In this document: in pieces, positions 1-9,020 of the stretch | How positions within the stretch are numbered: the stretch's first letter is position 1 | Layout of the letters: each line of letters begins with the position of its first letter | Origin: Syntrophales bacterium | Lineage (GTDB): Bacteria > Desulfobacterota > Syntrophia > Syntrophales > UBA4778 | DNA length: 64,000 bases | Direction: 5' to 3' | Assembly: GCA_963665615.2 (NCBI GenBank) | Contig: CAXXQE010000007.1 | Location: forward strand, 248,001 to 312,000 | The notes under the pieces: model-generated | What the model was told of the DNA's origin: nothing | Databases searched by the model: none | What the model saw: only the letters and a program-made list of their open reading frames with translations | Translations under genes and position numbers: made by a program

Positions 1-443
1 ACCCAGGCGATTTCCCGGTGATTGAAAAAATGCCGTCTAAAATAGTGGACCTGCCCGAAAGTCCTTCCGAGTTGATGGCGGTTCAAAAGGAACCCGATGA
101 GATGGGCTTTCTTGAACTGAAAGAATACGTCGATAAACTGAAGGCGCAGGGGTTCGATCCGGGACAGTTTGTGGCGGATATGCACGGCAAGATCGCATTC
201 GTTGCGGTGAACATCATTTTGGCCTTGATCGGCGTCGCTTTTTCGCTCAGATCCGAACGGAGCGGCGGCGTGGCCCTTAGCATCGGCGCCGGCATTGTGA
301 TCGGTTTTTCCTACTGGATCGTCTTTGCCTTCTGCCTCTCGCTCGGACGTGCCATGACGATCCCACCGATCCTGGCGGCCTGGCTGGCCAACATCATTCT
401 TGGCATTGCTGCGGTGGTCATGTATCTGAGGGTAAGGACGTAA
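1..443 (+). CDS. lptG: LPS export ABC transporter permease LptG/LptF family, C-terminal part (5' end outside window)
   Basis: Pattern EMGFLEL..Y...L...G / HGKIAF / RSERSGG / three C-terminal TM helices ending PPILAAWLAN is typical of YjgP/YjgQ permeases; frame is open to the window edge. Confidence 0.75.
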   Translation, partial: PGDFPVIEKMPSKIVDLPESPSELMAVQKEPDEMGFLELKEYVDKLKAQGFDPGQFVADMHGKIAFVAVNIILALIGVAFSLRSERSGGVALSIGAGIVIGFSYWIVFAFCLSLGRAMTIPPILAAWLANIILGIAAVVMYLRVRT

Positions 444-523
444 AAAAGTGAAAGTCGGACTTAGACTTATTACAAGTCTATCAATAGTGATTAATAAATA
501 ATAAGCTGACAGGCACTCAAAAT

Positions 524-565
524 AAAGACAGGGCGGAAGGAAATGAGTCCGCCGCCCTGTCTTTT
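524..565. terminator. Probable bidirectional intrinsic terminator between convergent lptG and ahcY
   Basis: Inverted repeat aaagacagggcgg ... ccgccctgtctttt with A/T tails. Confidence 0.65.
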
Positions 566-601
566 CTACGATCGCTGTTTACTATTCACTATTTACTGCC
601 C

Positions 602-1861
602 TTAAGTCCCCATTTCCCATGAACTGAGATACTTCTTTTGCTCCGGCGTCAGTTTATCGATTTTGACCCCCATGGCGTCGAGTTTGAGCAAGGCGATCTG
701 CGCATCGATCTTCTCCGGAACAGGATAGACCTTGTTCTCGAGCTTTTTGGCGTTCTTGACCATGTACTCCGCCGCAAGGGCCTGATTGGCAAAGCTCATG
801 TCCATCACGCTGGAGGGATGTCCCTCCGCCGCAGCCAGGTTGACAAGGCGCCCTTCGCCGAGGATATGAATCTTCCTGCCGCTAGCCTTCAGGGTATATT
901 CCTCAATGTAAGTACGAATCTGCCGTATAGAGGACGAGATCTCTTTCAGGCCGGGAATATCCAGCTCGACGTTGAAATGGCCGGAATTAGCGACAATAGC
1001 GCCGTCCTTCATCTTGAGGAAATGCTCTCTGCGGATGACGTTGATATTTCCGGTCAGCGTACAGAAGAAATCGCCGATTTCGGCCGCCTTGGCGATCGGC
1101 ATGACCCGGAAACCGTCCATCACCGCCTCAAGGGCCGGCAGCGGATCCACTTCCGTCACAACCACGTTGGCGCCCATGCCACGCGCCCGCATGGCGAGCC
1201 CCTTGGCACACCAGCCGTAGCCGCAGACCACGAACACCGACCCTGCGATCAGGCGGTTGGTCGCCCGAACCATGCCGTCGATGGTGCTCTGTCCGGTGCC
1301 GTAACGGTTATCGAACATATACTTCGTGTGGGCATCGTTGACGGCAACAATGGGGAACTTCAAGACCCCCTTTTCTGCCATCGCCTTGAGTCGGATGACG
1401 CCTGTTGTCGTCTCCTCGGTGCCCCCGATAATCTGATCGAGCAACTCTGTTCTCTTCGAATGAATCATAGAGACGAGATCCGCCCCGTCATCCATCGTGA
1501 CCATAGGCTTCGTATCCAGGACGGCCTGAATGTGATTGTAGTAGGTCTTGGTGTTCTCCCCCTTAATGGCAAACACGGGAATCTTGTGGTATTTGACCAG
1601 GTAAGCGGCCACGTAATCCTGAGTGCTCAGCGGATTGGAGGCGCATACGCTTAATTCGGCGCCGCCTGCCTTAAGGGTTTCCAGCAGACTCGCGGTTTCC
1701 GTCGTAACATGGAGACAGATGCCCATCCGCACCCCTTTGAGGGGCCGTTCCTTCTTGAACCGGTCCTTGATAATGTTGAGAACGGGCATGCTCCTGTTGG
1801 CCCATTCCACGCACAGCTTACCCTCTTCCGCCAGAGCGATAGACTTGATATCGTATTTCAT
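602..1861 (-). CDS. ahcY: Adenosylhomocysteinase
   Basis: Motifs [63 protein letters not shown]; start set at MKYDIK behind an AGGAG-like RBS. Confidence 0.97.
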   Translation of the reverse strand: MKYDIKSIALAEEGKLCVEWANRSMPVLNIIKDRFKKERPLKGVRMGICLHVTTETASLLETLKAGGAELSVCASNPLSTQDYVAAYLVKYHKIPVFAIKGENTKTYYNHIQAVLDTKPMVTMDDGADLVSMIHSKRTELLDQIIGGTEETTTGVIRLKAMAEKGVLKFPIVAVNDAHTKYMFDNRYGTGQSTIDGMVRATNRLIAGSVFVVCGYGWCAKGLAMRARGMGANVVVTEVDPLPALEAVMDGFRVMPIAKAAEIGDFFCTLTGNINVIRREHFLKMKDGAIVANSGHFNVELDIPGLKEISSSIRQIRTYIEEYTLKASGRKIHILGEGRLVNLAAAEGHPSSVMDMSFANQALAAEYMVKNAKKLENKVYPVPEKIDAQIALLKLDAMGVKIDKLTPEQKKYLSSWEMGT

Positions 1862-1921
1862 CCTTTTCTCCTGTTCTGTAAAACCCAATTCTTCATGGAT
1901 TCATCCGCCATCGGGGGACGG

Positions 1922-3100
1922 CTATGCCTTTGCTTCCCTTAAAAGCGCTTTTGTATAATCCGCTTTTTCCCACAGGTAATGATCCAGAAATAAGGTACGG
2001 GGCAGCTTTCTGAAAACGGAACCGTCCAACAGCTTGAATCGGTCAATCATGCCGCGCGGCGTCAGATCAAAGAGCTCCGCAATGATCGTTGCGAGCCGCT
2101 CGTCGGATATCTTTCCCGTTCCAAAGGTATTGACATAGATCGACATTGGTTTGGCGACCCCGATGGCGTAGGAGAGCTGGACGGAGCATTTGACGGCCAG
2201 ACCGGCGGCGACCACATTCTTGGCGACGTGACGCGCGCCAAAGGCGGCCGAACAATCCACCTTTTCCGGCGTTTTGTTGACGACGGCGCCGCCACCCATC
2301 TGTGCGCCCGGATAACCGCCATAGAACTGTACGACGAGTTTTCGACCCGTCACGCCTGAGTCGGCGCTGCTGCATGAGTTGACGGCCTGCCACTCGCCAG
2401 TCGGATTGAAGAGAAACTCCGTCTTTTTATCGACCCACTGCCCCAGGCTGGCAAAGGCGATCTTTTTGGCTTCGCGCTCGATATCGCTTTTGTTCTTCGG
2501 CGCAAAGCGATAGTCGATCGCATTGGACATCAGAACCTTTGCAAGACGCACAGGCGCGCCCGTTTCCATATCGTACTGCACCGTCACCTGTCCTTTGCCG
2601 TCCGGTGCAAAATAGGAAATATCGCAGTCCTCAAAGGCATGCATCATGCGGCTGGCCAGGACATAGGGCAACGGCAACAACTCGGGGGTTTCATTGCACG
2701 CGAAACCATACATAATTCCCTGATCTCCCGCGCCCATTTCCTTGTGTTTGCCCAGTCCCGCCCTGGACCCGATGTTGATATCCGGAGACTGTGGAATGAT
2801 CGCATTCAGAACGCCCATCGAGCAGCCGTTGAGCCCGACCGCACAATCGTTGTATCCGATACCGACAACGATATCTCGAACAATCTTCTCGATCTCTACA
2901 TAACTGCGCGTCGTCACCTCGCCGCCGACTACGCAGAGGCCTTTCCCTAGAAACACTTCTATGCCGCAATGCGGCATGTTTTGGACGGTCAATCCCAGTT
3001 TCTTTTCTTCATCGAGAATGGCCGCGATGACACCTGCGGCAATCGAATCGGCCACGATATCGGGATGACCCACTTTCACAGACTCCGACGTAATCAGCAT
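1922..3100 (-). CDS. metK: S-adenosylmethionine synthetase (divergent signature motifs)
   Basis: TSESV..GHPD, GAGDQGIMYGFA, PDGKGQVT, DSGVTGRK, QLSYAIG; start MLITSES with AAGGAG 7 nt upstream. Confidence 0.92.
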   Translation of the reverse strand: MLITSESVKVGHPDIVADSIAAGVIAAILDEEKKLGLTVQNMPHCGIEVFLGKGLCVVGGEVTTRSYVEIEKIVRDIVVGIGYNDCAVGLNGCSMGVLNAIIPQSPDINIGSRAGLGKHKEMGAGDQGIMYGFACNETPELLPLPYVLASRMMHAFEDCDISYFAPDGKGQVTVQYDMETGAPVRLAKVLMSNAIDYRFAPKNKSDIEREAKKIAFASLGQWVDKKTEFLFNPTGEWQAVNSCSSADSGVTGRKLVVQFYGGYPGAQMGGGAVVNKTPEKVDCSAAFGARHVAKNVVAAGLAVKCSVQLSYAIGVAKPMSIYVNTFGTGKISDERLATIIAELFDLTPRGMIDRFKLLDGSVFRKLPRTLFLDHYLWEKADYTKALLREAKA

Positions 3101-3154
3101 TCCCAGGCTCCTTCCATGTATATGATTTACACCAATGGTTGTCGATTGACGACT

Positions 3155-3272
3155 TTGAAGATTCACCGAGCAAGCTCCGGCGGATCTCCGATCCCTAAGG
3201 GAGATCTTCTGTTCTGGTTCGCTCGCTTACCTCGTGGCTTACTGCGGGGACTGCACTAGCTGAAGGATTTAC
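3155..3272 (-). mobile_element. Repeat family R1 copy A (IS200/IS605-end-like miniature element), overlaps DUF502 3' end
   Basis: Reverse complement aligns over full length with the copies at 57102 and 26041 (ccccgcag..., aagcgagcgaa, atcggagatccgccggagcttgctc..gaatcttcaa). Confidence 0.75.
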
Positions 3273-3896
3273 GTTGCCCTTTGCAACGATGGGCCATTCC
3301 GGAACGACCAGTCCAAGCGAGACGACCATGCCGAATGCCTCTTCCACGCTCATATCCAGATTGATGACCTCGCTCTCGCGCACAATCACAAAGTAGCCGG
3401 AGGTCGGGTTTGGCGTGGTCGGCACATAAACTTGCAGGCAATGTTCCCCGATCTTGTCGCGACACTCCCCGCGCACATGACCGGTCACAAAGGCGATTGT
3501 ATATAACCCTTGACGTGGAAATTCAAGAAGAACGACGCGATTGAAGTTCTTCATACCGCTTCCGAAAAGAGAATCCACAAGCTGCTTGGTAGGCTGGTAG
3601 ATGTTCCGGACGACCGGAATCCTTTTGAGCAAAGCTTCCCCCCAATCGAGGATTCTTTTGCCGAAATAACTTCTTGTAATCAGACCGATGACAAGCGTAA
3701 TGAGCAGGATCAGAATGACGCCGAGCCCGGGTATATGAAATCCGATCAATGTATCCGGATGCAACCTGGAAGGCATGACCGCCAGAATGCTGTCCATGAG
3801 CGAGATCAAAAAGAAAAAGATATAGACCGTCACGCCGATGGGAATCAGCACAGCAATTCCCGTCAGACAGACCTGCTTAACTTTGCGCATCAACAT
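3195..3896 (-). CDS. DUF502 family membrane protein
   Basis: TGIAVLIPIGVT, IPGLG, RIPVVRNIY..KQL, VLLEFPR, VYVPTTPNPTSG, LDMSVEEAF.MVVSLG. Confidence 0.9.
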   Translation of the reverse strand: MLMRKVKQVCLTGIAVLIPIGVTVYIFFFLISLMDSILAVMPSRLHPDTLIGFHIPGLGVILILLITLVIGLITRSYFGKRILDWGEALLKRIPVVRNIYQPTKQLVDSLFGSGMKNFNRVVLLEFPRQGLYTIAFVTGHVRGECRDKIGEHCLQVYVPTTPNPTSGYFVIVRESEVINLDMSVEEAFGMVVSLGLVVPEWPIVAKGNVNPSASAVPAVSHEVSERTRTEDLP

Positions 3897-3935
3897 GGTT
3901 CTCCCCCGTATTGCGAACTAATCGGGAATAAAGAC

Positions 3936-3970
3936 AAACCAGGCTGAACGGTTCCCATCGAGCCTGGTTT
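3936..3970 (-). terminator. Hairpin after panD (terminator or stabilising stem)
   Basis: aaaccaggct ... agcctggttt 10-bp inverted repeat. Confidence 0.45.
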
Positions 3971-4023
3971 ATCCAACGGTATTGGTTGTAAGGCGAGCGT
4001 ATTGCCGCCAGCGCGATCCTCTG

Positions 4024-4395
4024 TCAATGAGAGATGCCGTGCTTCAATTCCTTTTTACGGTTCTGAGGATCGACATAAACGCACTTGGGTTTCCAGTCGC
4101 CAATGGCGCTGTCTTCAACATTAACGTAGGTCGCAATTATAATGATATCGCCGCGCGATGCCTTGCGTGCTGCTGCGCCGTTTAGGCAGATCACACCGGA
4201 GTCCTTCTCCCCCCTGATGGCGTAAGTTGAGAAACGCTCTCCGTTCGAAACATTGTAAATTTCAACCTTTTCATAAGGAAGAATGTCCGCATCGCTTAGC
4301 AGTCCGGAATCAATCGTAATGCTGCCCTCGTAATCTAGATTCGCTTCCGTCACAGTCACTCTGTGAATTTTCGATTTAAGCATGTATCTTTCCAT
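4024..4395 (-). CDS. panD: Aspartate 1-decarboxylase
   Basis: MLKSKIHR, YEGSITID (G-S self-cleavage site), NGERFSTY, ICLNGAAAR. Confidence 0.97.
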   Translation of the reverse strand: MERYMLKSKIHRVTVTEANLDYEGSITIDSGLLSDADILPYEKVEIYNVSNGERFSTYAIRGEKDSGVICLNGAAARKASRGDIIIIATYVNVEDSAIGDWKPKCVYVDPQNRKKELKHGISH

Positions 4396-4424
4396 CGATC
4401 TGTTCCCACCTAAAAAATTAAAGT

Positions 4425-5279
4425 TTAGAGTGTCGGCGTTCCGAACACGTAATTATCAATCAGTCTGGCAGTCCCCACCCGGACAGCCAGCGCTATCACG
4501 GCTTCCCCCTCGATCGTTTCGATATCCTTGAGGGTGGTGGTATCGCAAATTTGTATATAATCGATCAGCGTATGAGGTTGCTGGCGGATCATCTTGCGCA
4601 CGGCATCGATAATCACGCCGGCATCGCGTTCCCCCTGCTCATAGAGTTCCTTGGCCTTCAAAAGCGAATGGTTCAGACTCAAGGCCGATTCCCTTTGGTC
4701 AGGCTTCAAATAGACGTTCCTGGAACTCATGGCCAGTCCATCTGCTTCGCGTATCGTCGGAGCCGATACAATCTCAAGATCCATGTTGAGGTCCCGAACC
4801 ATGGTTTTGATAACCGCGACCTGCTGGAAATCCTTCTGACCAAAGACGGCCACATGCGGCTTCACCATATTAAAGAGCTTGGTGCAGACCGTTGCCACAC
4901 CGCGAAAATGGCCAGGCCGGGACAGACCGCAGAGATTCCTTGAAACCTCCTCGACAGTCACATACGTCTGATAATGAAGGGGATACATCTCCTCATTTTG
5001 AGGACAGAAGATAACATTGACGCCTGCCTCTTTGCACAATGCGCTATCCCTTTCGAAATCACGCGGATATTTCTCGAGATCCTCGCCTGGACCAAACTGG
5101 GTCGGATTGACGTAAATGCTGACGACGACGCAATCAGCGTGTGTTTTGGCCTCATGCATCAGGGCGACATGACCCTGATGGAGATACCCCATTGTCGGCA
5201 CAAAGGCGATTCGCTGGCCTTGCTGCCTGACCTTATCTGAATAATGCTGCATTTCCTGAACAGACTTAATGATCTCCAT
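4425..5279 (-). CDS. panC: Pantoate--beta-alanine ligase
   Basis: FVPTMGYLHQGH, SIYVNPTQF, SRPGHFRGV, FGQKDFQQ, DGLAMSSRN, RLIDN; start MEIIKS. Confidence 0.97.
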   Translation of the reverse strand: MEIIKSVQEMQHYSDKVRQQGQRIAFVPTMGYLHQGHVALMHEAKTHADCVVVSIYVNPTQFGPGEDLEKYPRDFERDSALCKEAGVNVIFCPQNEEMYPLHYQTYVTVEEVSRNLCGLSRPGHFRGVATVCTKLFNMVKPHVAVFGQKDFQQVAVIKTMVRDLNMDLEIVSAPTIREADGLAMSSRNVYLKPDQRESALSLNHSLLKAKELYEQGERDAGVIIDAVRKMIRQQPHTLIDYIQICDTTTLKDIETIEGEAVIALAVRVGTARLIDNYVFGTPTL

Positions 5280-5313
5280 CTGATCCGTCCATTTCCCTTT
5301 CTTGGTTCCGGCC

Positions 5314-5345
5314 AAAAAAAAACCTACCGTCCGGGGACGATAGGT
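5314..5345 (-). terminator. Leader intrinsic terminator upstream of panC
   Basis: Minus strand acctatcgtc-cccg-gacggtaggt followed by a T9 run, between the pan hairpin and the panC start. Confidence 0.8.
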
Positions 5346-5373
5346 ATGAATTCACTTCTGGCGCTTTACCTTC

Positions 5374-5403
5374 TCGTCCCAGTCCGAAGCCGGATCCAGG
5401 CGA
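5374..5403 (-). ncRNA. pan RNA motif-like hairpin in the panC leader
   Basis: Minus strand UCG-CCUGG-A-UCCG-gcuu-CGGA-CUGGG-A-CGA: stem with two bulged A's, 5' of a pantothenate operon and followed by a terminator. Confidence 0.8.
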
Positions 5404-5410
5404 TGGTGTT

Positions 5411-5439
5411 CTTCTACACAATTTTATCGACGGCGTCAA
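5411..5439 (-). promoter_or_regulatory. Putative sigma70 promoter for the panC leader
   Basis: TTGACG-17 nt-TAGAAG a few nt upstream of the pan hairpin. Confidence 0.5.
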
Positions 5440-5645
5440 TCTTTTTCTTTAGCGCGTTCAAACATTGATTCGATTTTCCACCTTGTTGTCCGGAGAGACC
5501 GAATGGATTTTTGTCCCTGAATGCAAGCGCAGTTTACGCCTTTAAATCCATTTATATTCAAAAAATCCCCCGAAAGGGGGATGCAATCCCTTCAAGATTC
5601 GTGCATATTGTTGACCTGCTGAAAATAGTCTCTTGGGGAGGCAAT

Positions 5646-7520
5646 ATGGAGCACGTTCAAAATGAGTTAAAAACGAAAAAAAAGAGCCTCTGGGAGCGTT
5701 TCAAGGCTTGGATGGCATCCCGATTGATACGCCCCGCCCTGCCGTTTCAACTGTCCTTTGGGGCGATGCTCCTGTGCTCTCCGGCGCTCTTCGTCGGTCT
5801 TCAGTTTGACGATTACATACACCGGCTGATTATGATCGGGCTCGATCCGATCCATCAGGGCTTCTGGGGGAAGATCGATCTCTTCGGCCTCCATCATGGT
5901 TCTTCCATCACTGATTCACTGAGAAACATCGGCATCTTCCCGTGGTGGACCTCTGAACATTTCAAAATTTCTTTTCTCCGCCTCCTGAGCGGATTCACCA
6001 TGTGGATCGACTATCAATTGTGGCCAAATCGACCCTTTCTGATGCACCTTCAAAGTCTCCTCTGGTACGGCGCCCTGGTCGCAGCCGCCGCCGTCTATTA
6101 TCGACGGATAATGGGTCTCACGGTCATCGCGGGATTGGCGGCCCTTTTCTACGCCATTGACTTTTCTCATGCCTCTCCCACAGCCTGGCTCGCCAACCGC
6201 AACGCTCTCCAGGCAGTCCTTTTCGGCTTCCTGTGCCTTATCTTCTATGATCGGTATCAACGAGAGAGAAGGGAACGCCATCGCCTCGCCAGTGCAAGCG
6301 CCCTCGCACTGGCCCTCCTGTCCGGAGAGACGGGGGTGGGCACGCTGGCCTATCTCTTTTCATATGCGATTTTTCTCGACCGGGAACCATGGCGCAGACG
6401 CATCATGGCACTCTGGCCGCATGCCCTTGTCTTGATCGCGTGGGCCGGCGCCTATAGAATGTTCGGGTATGGATCGTTCGGCTCCGGCGCGTACATTGAT
6501 CCGCTGGCAAGTCCTCTGCCCTTTATCACGGCCCTTGCCGCACGGATGCCGTTGCTGCTGATGGGACAGTGGTCGCATATTACGGCCGAAAGCCCTGGTA
6601 TCCTTATGAGCATAAAGACGGCTTATCTCTTTGCAGCTGTTCTCATAGGGCTACTGGCTGCCGTCTTTATCCCCCTGGTGCGGAAGGACCGGACCGCCCG
6701 GTTTTGGCTTGCCGGGCTGGTCCTTGCCCTCATCCCCGTATGCGGTACAGAGCCGAACAATCGCTTGCTCCTCTTCAGTGATTTAGGGGCAATGGGCCTT
6801 GCAGCCCAGTTCATCATTCATCTAAAGGGAAGCCCGGGCGTTTTCCCCGCCTCCCGGATCTGGCGTGCCCCGGCGCTGCTGATCCTGTTCTACCTCATCG
6901 CCATTCGTTTGATTTTCTCTCCGCTGATCATGCCTCTCTATGCTTACCAATGGAAGATTATCGGGACACCCTTTGCAAACGCGGCCCGAAGTCTTCCCAA
7001 CAATGACCATCAGAGCGGCCAAAGTCTGATTATTGTCAATCCGCCTGTCCTTCTGACAGGCATGCTGATCGCCAGTATGCAGATTGTGGAAACACGGACC
7101 AGCCCTGCTATCCGTGAATTATCCCGCGGCGACACAGACGTGAAGGTTTACAGAGTGGACGCTTGCACCCTGAGGGTGCGTATCGCAAACGGACTGCTCG
7201 GAGGAAACTTTGGCAAGCTGTTCCGCTCTGATGAAGAGCCAATAGCAGTTAACCAGGAGATCGATGTTTCAGGTATGGGGGCACGGATCGCACAGGTCGG
7301 GAAGAATGGCCCAGAGGAAATTCTGTATCGTTTTGCAGTTCCTCTGGAAGACCCGTCGCTCCGGTGGTTGCAGTGGAAGGGTCTAACCTACGTCCCCTTC
7401 ACGCCTCCTGCAATCGGACAGGCAGTTTCGCTGCCTGCTTTCAAGTGGAAAGATTTGTCCCGAAATGACTCGGCAACCAAAAGTCCGGTCCAGACGAGCC
7501 CCAAACGATCAGGCGAATGA
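5646..7520 (+). CDS. Multi-pass membrane protein, probable GT-C fold glycosyltransferase (TMTC/PMT/ArnT-like)
   Basis: DD in the first loop (QFDDY), FLRLLS..T..IDY, HLQSLLW, AALFYAID..H....W.ANR, LLSGETG, many TM helices and a C-terminal soluble domain; RBS GGGGAGG before MEHVQ. Confidence 0.6.
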   Translation: MEHVQNELKTKKKSLWERFKAWMASRLIRPALPFQLSFGAMLLCSPALFVGLQFDDYIHRLIMIGLDPIHQGFWGKIDLFGLHHGSSITDSLRNIGIFPWWTSEHFKISFLRLLSGFTMWIDYQLWPNRPFLMHLQSLLWYGALVAAAAVYYRRIMGLTVIAGLAALFYAIDFSHASPTAWLANRNALQAVLFGFLCLIFYDRYQRERRERHRLASASALALALLSGETGVGTLAYLFSYAIFLDREPWRRRIMALWPHALVLIAWAGAYRMFGYGSFGSGAYIDPLASPLPFITALAARMPLLLMGQWSHITAESPGILMSIKTAYLFAAVLIGLLAAVFIPLVRKDRTARFWLAGLVLALIPVCGTEPNNRLLLFSDLGAMGLAAQFIIHLKGSPGVFPASRIWRAPALLILFYLIAIRLIFSPLIMPLYAYQWKIIGTPFANAARSLPNNDHQSGQSLIIVNPPVLLTGMLIASMQIVETRTSPAIRELSRGDTDVKVYRVDACTLRVRIANGLLGGNFGKLFRSDEEPIAVNQEIDVSGMGARIAQVGKNGPEEILYRFAVPLEDPSLRWLQWKGLTYVPFTPPAIGQAVSLPAFKWKDLSRNDSATKSPVQTSPKRSGE

Positions 7521-8410
7521 AAGAGAAGATAAAAGACAGCGTCCGTCTTCTGCGCTTTTCTCATTACGTGAAGAACGGTGTAATCTTCCTTCCCCTTTTC
7601 TTTGCTGGAGAAATCACGCGCCCGGCCTTGTTTCTCAAGACCCTCCTGGCCTGCATCGTCTTTTCTCTGGTGGCCAGCGTTGTCTATATTTTCAATGACC
7701 TCTGCGATCTTCAAGAGGACCGCAAACACCCGAATAAGATCTCACGGCCGCTCGCCCTGGGCAGGGTCTCCGTCAGCCAGGGTTGGATGGTCATAGCGGT
7801 GCTTTTGCTCAGCGGACTAACGCTTGCAGTGACCCTGCTTCCGTATGCATTTACGGGGTTGTGCCTTCTCTATCTGATGCTAAACGTGCTCTATTCGCTC
7901 AAGTTGAAGCAGATTGCGATCCTGGACATCACGATCGTTGCGGCGGGCTTTGTCATCCGACTTTTTCTGGGAGGCATTGTTGGAAATATCGCATTGACTG
8001 AGTGGATCATTCTGATGACGTTTCTTCTGGCGCTGTTGATCGCTCTTGGCAAGAGACGTGAGGATGTCTTGATGCGTGAAAAAACCGGCGGGGAGGTGCA
8101 GATCCGAAAGAGTCTGTACGGTTACAACTTAGAGTTTATCAACGGCGCGATGATTGTCATTGCGGGAATTCTGACCGTCTCCTACATCATGTACGCGGTC
8201 TCACCAGCGACGGTTGCCAGACTCGGCTCAGACAAGATTTACTTTTCTTCCTTGATTGTCATTCTCGGCGTCTTGCGTTACCTGCAAATCGTCTTTGTAC
8301 AACGCAAGGGAGGTGCACCGACGGAGATTCTGTTCCAGGACCGGTTTCTGCAGGGGACAATAATACTCTGGCTGCTGTTTTTTGCGGTTCTTCTCTATTT
8401 CAGGCATTAG
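7517..8410 (+). CDS. UbiA-family prenyltransferase, decaprenyl-phosphate phosphoribosyltransferase-like
   Basis: LLR..HYVKN...F.PLFF, YIFND..D...DRKHP.K..RPLA.G, YSLKLKQ.AILD, GFVIR, KRR, RY, G.PTE....D; ATGA overlap with the upstream gene. Confidence 0.85.
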   Translation: MKEKIKDSVRLLRFSHYVKNGVIFLPLFFAGEITRPALFLKTLLACIVFSLVASVVYIFNDLCDLQEDRKHPNKISRPLALGRVSVSQGWMVIAVLLLSGLTLAVTLLPYAFTGLCLLYLMLNVLYSLKLKQIAILDITIVAAGFVIRLFLGGIVGNIALTEWIILMTFLLALLIALGKRREDVLMREKTGGEVQIRKSLYGYNLEFINGAMIVIAGILTVSYIMYAVSPATVARLGSDKIYFSSLIVILGVLRYLQIVFVQRKGGAPTEILFQDRFLQGTIILWLLFFAVLLYFRH

Positions 8411-8423
8411 GACGTCCGATGCC

Positions 8424-9008
8424 CTATGTCCAGGCACATTCCGCAGGAACGGTTTGACGGTTATCGCCATCGTTCAGCGCGAAGAACCGATAGAAGGCAG
8501 CGATGACCAAGGCATGGGAAATCGAGCCGTTTTGAATCAGCGCCTTGACGTCATCGACCGGATACGTGACAACCTCGATATCCTCCGCGTCGTCTTGTTT
8601 CTGGACACCGGTGCGTACAACCCCTTTGGCCAGATAGGTGTGGCACCTGTTATTGTTGATCGCCGGATTCGGATAGACCCAGCCCAGATCAAGCATCTCG
8701 GCGGGCTCATAGCCCGTTTCCTCTCTCAACTCGCGAATCGCCGCCATCTCCGGTGAATCGCACCCTTCTACGACACCGCCGGGGATTTCAAGGGTCACTT
8801 CTCTGACACCGTGACGATACTGACGAACCAGTACGACACGATTGTCCGGCGTCAGTGGAATCACGTTCACCCAAGGCGTCGCCTCCATGATGAAAAAATC
8901 ATGGACAGCGCCGGTTCTGGGCGACCGGGCACTATCGGTCCTGAGCTTGAAATAGTGAAACGCCTTTTCGATTTTGGAAGAAACGATGTTCCACGGTTTT
9001 GGAGGCAT
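8424..9008 (-). CDS. NUDIX hydrolase (ADP-ribose pyrophosphatase-like)
   Basis: VRQYRH, LEIPGG, Nudix box AAIRELREETG. Confidence 0.9.
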   Translation of the reverse strand: MPPKPWNIVSSKIEKAFHYFKLRTDSARSPRTGAVHDFFIMEATPWVNVIPLTPDNRVVLVRQYRHGVREVTLEIPGGVVEGCDSPEMAAIRELREETGYEPAEMLDLGWVYPNPAINNNRCHTYLAKGVVRTGVQKQDDAEDIEVVTYPVDDVKALIQNGSISHALVIAAFYRFFALNDGDNRQTVPAECAWT

Positions 9009-9020
9009 AAACGTCCATCA

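Noticed and set aside
638..1654. Long antisense ORFs (also 12371-13342, 31141-32430, 35318-36505, 59009-60013 and others)
   Set aside because: They lie opposite well-conserved genes (ahcY, ftsH, pilS, hisS, PBP1A) and have no recognisable motifs; typical shadow frames of GC-rich coding DNA
3101..3194. Possible SAM or SAH riboswitch upstream of metK-ahcY
   Set aside because: No SAM-I/II or SAH consensus seen; the structured sequence there belongs to repeat R1
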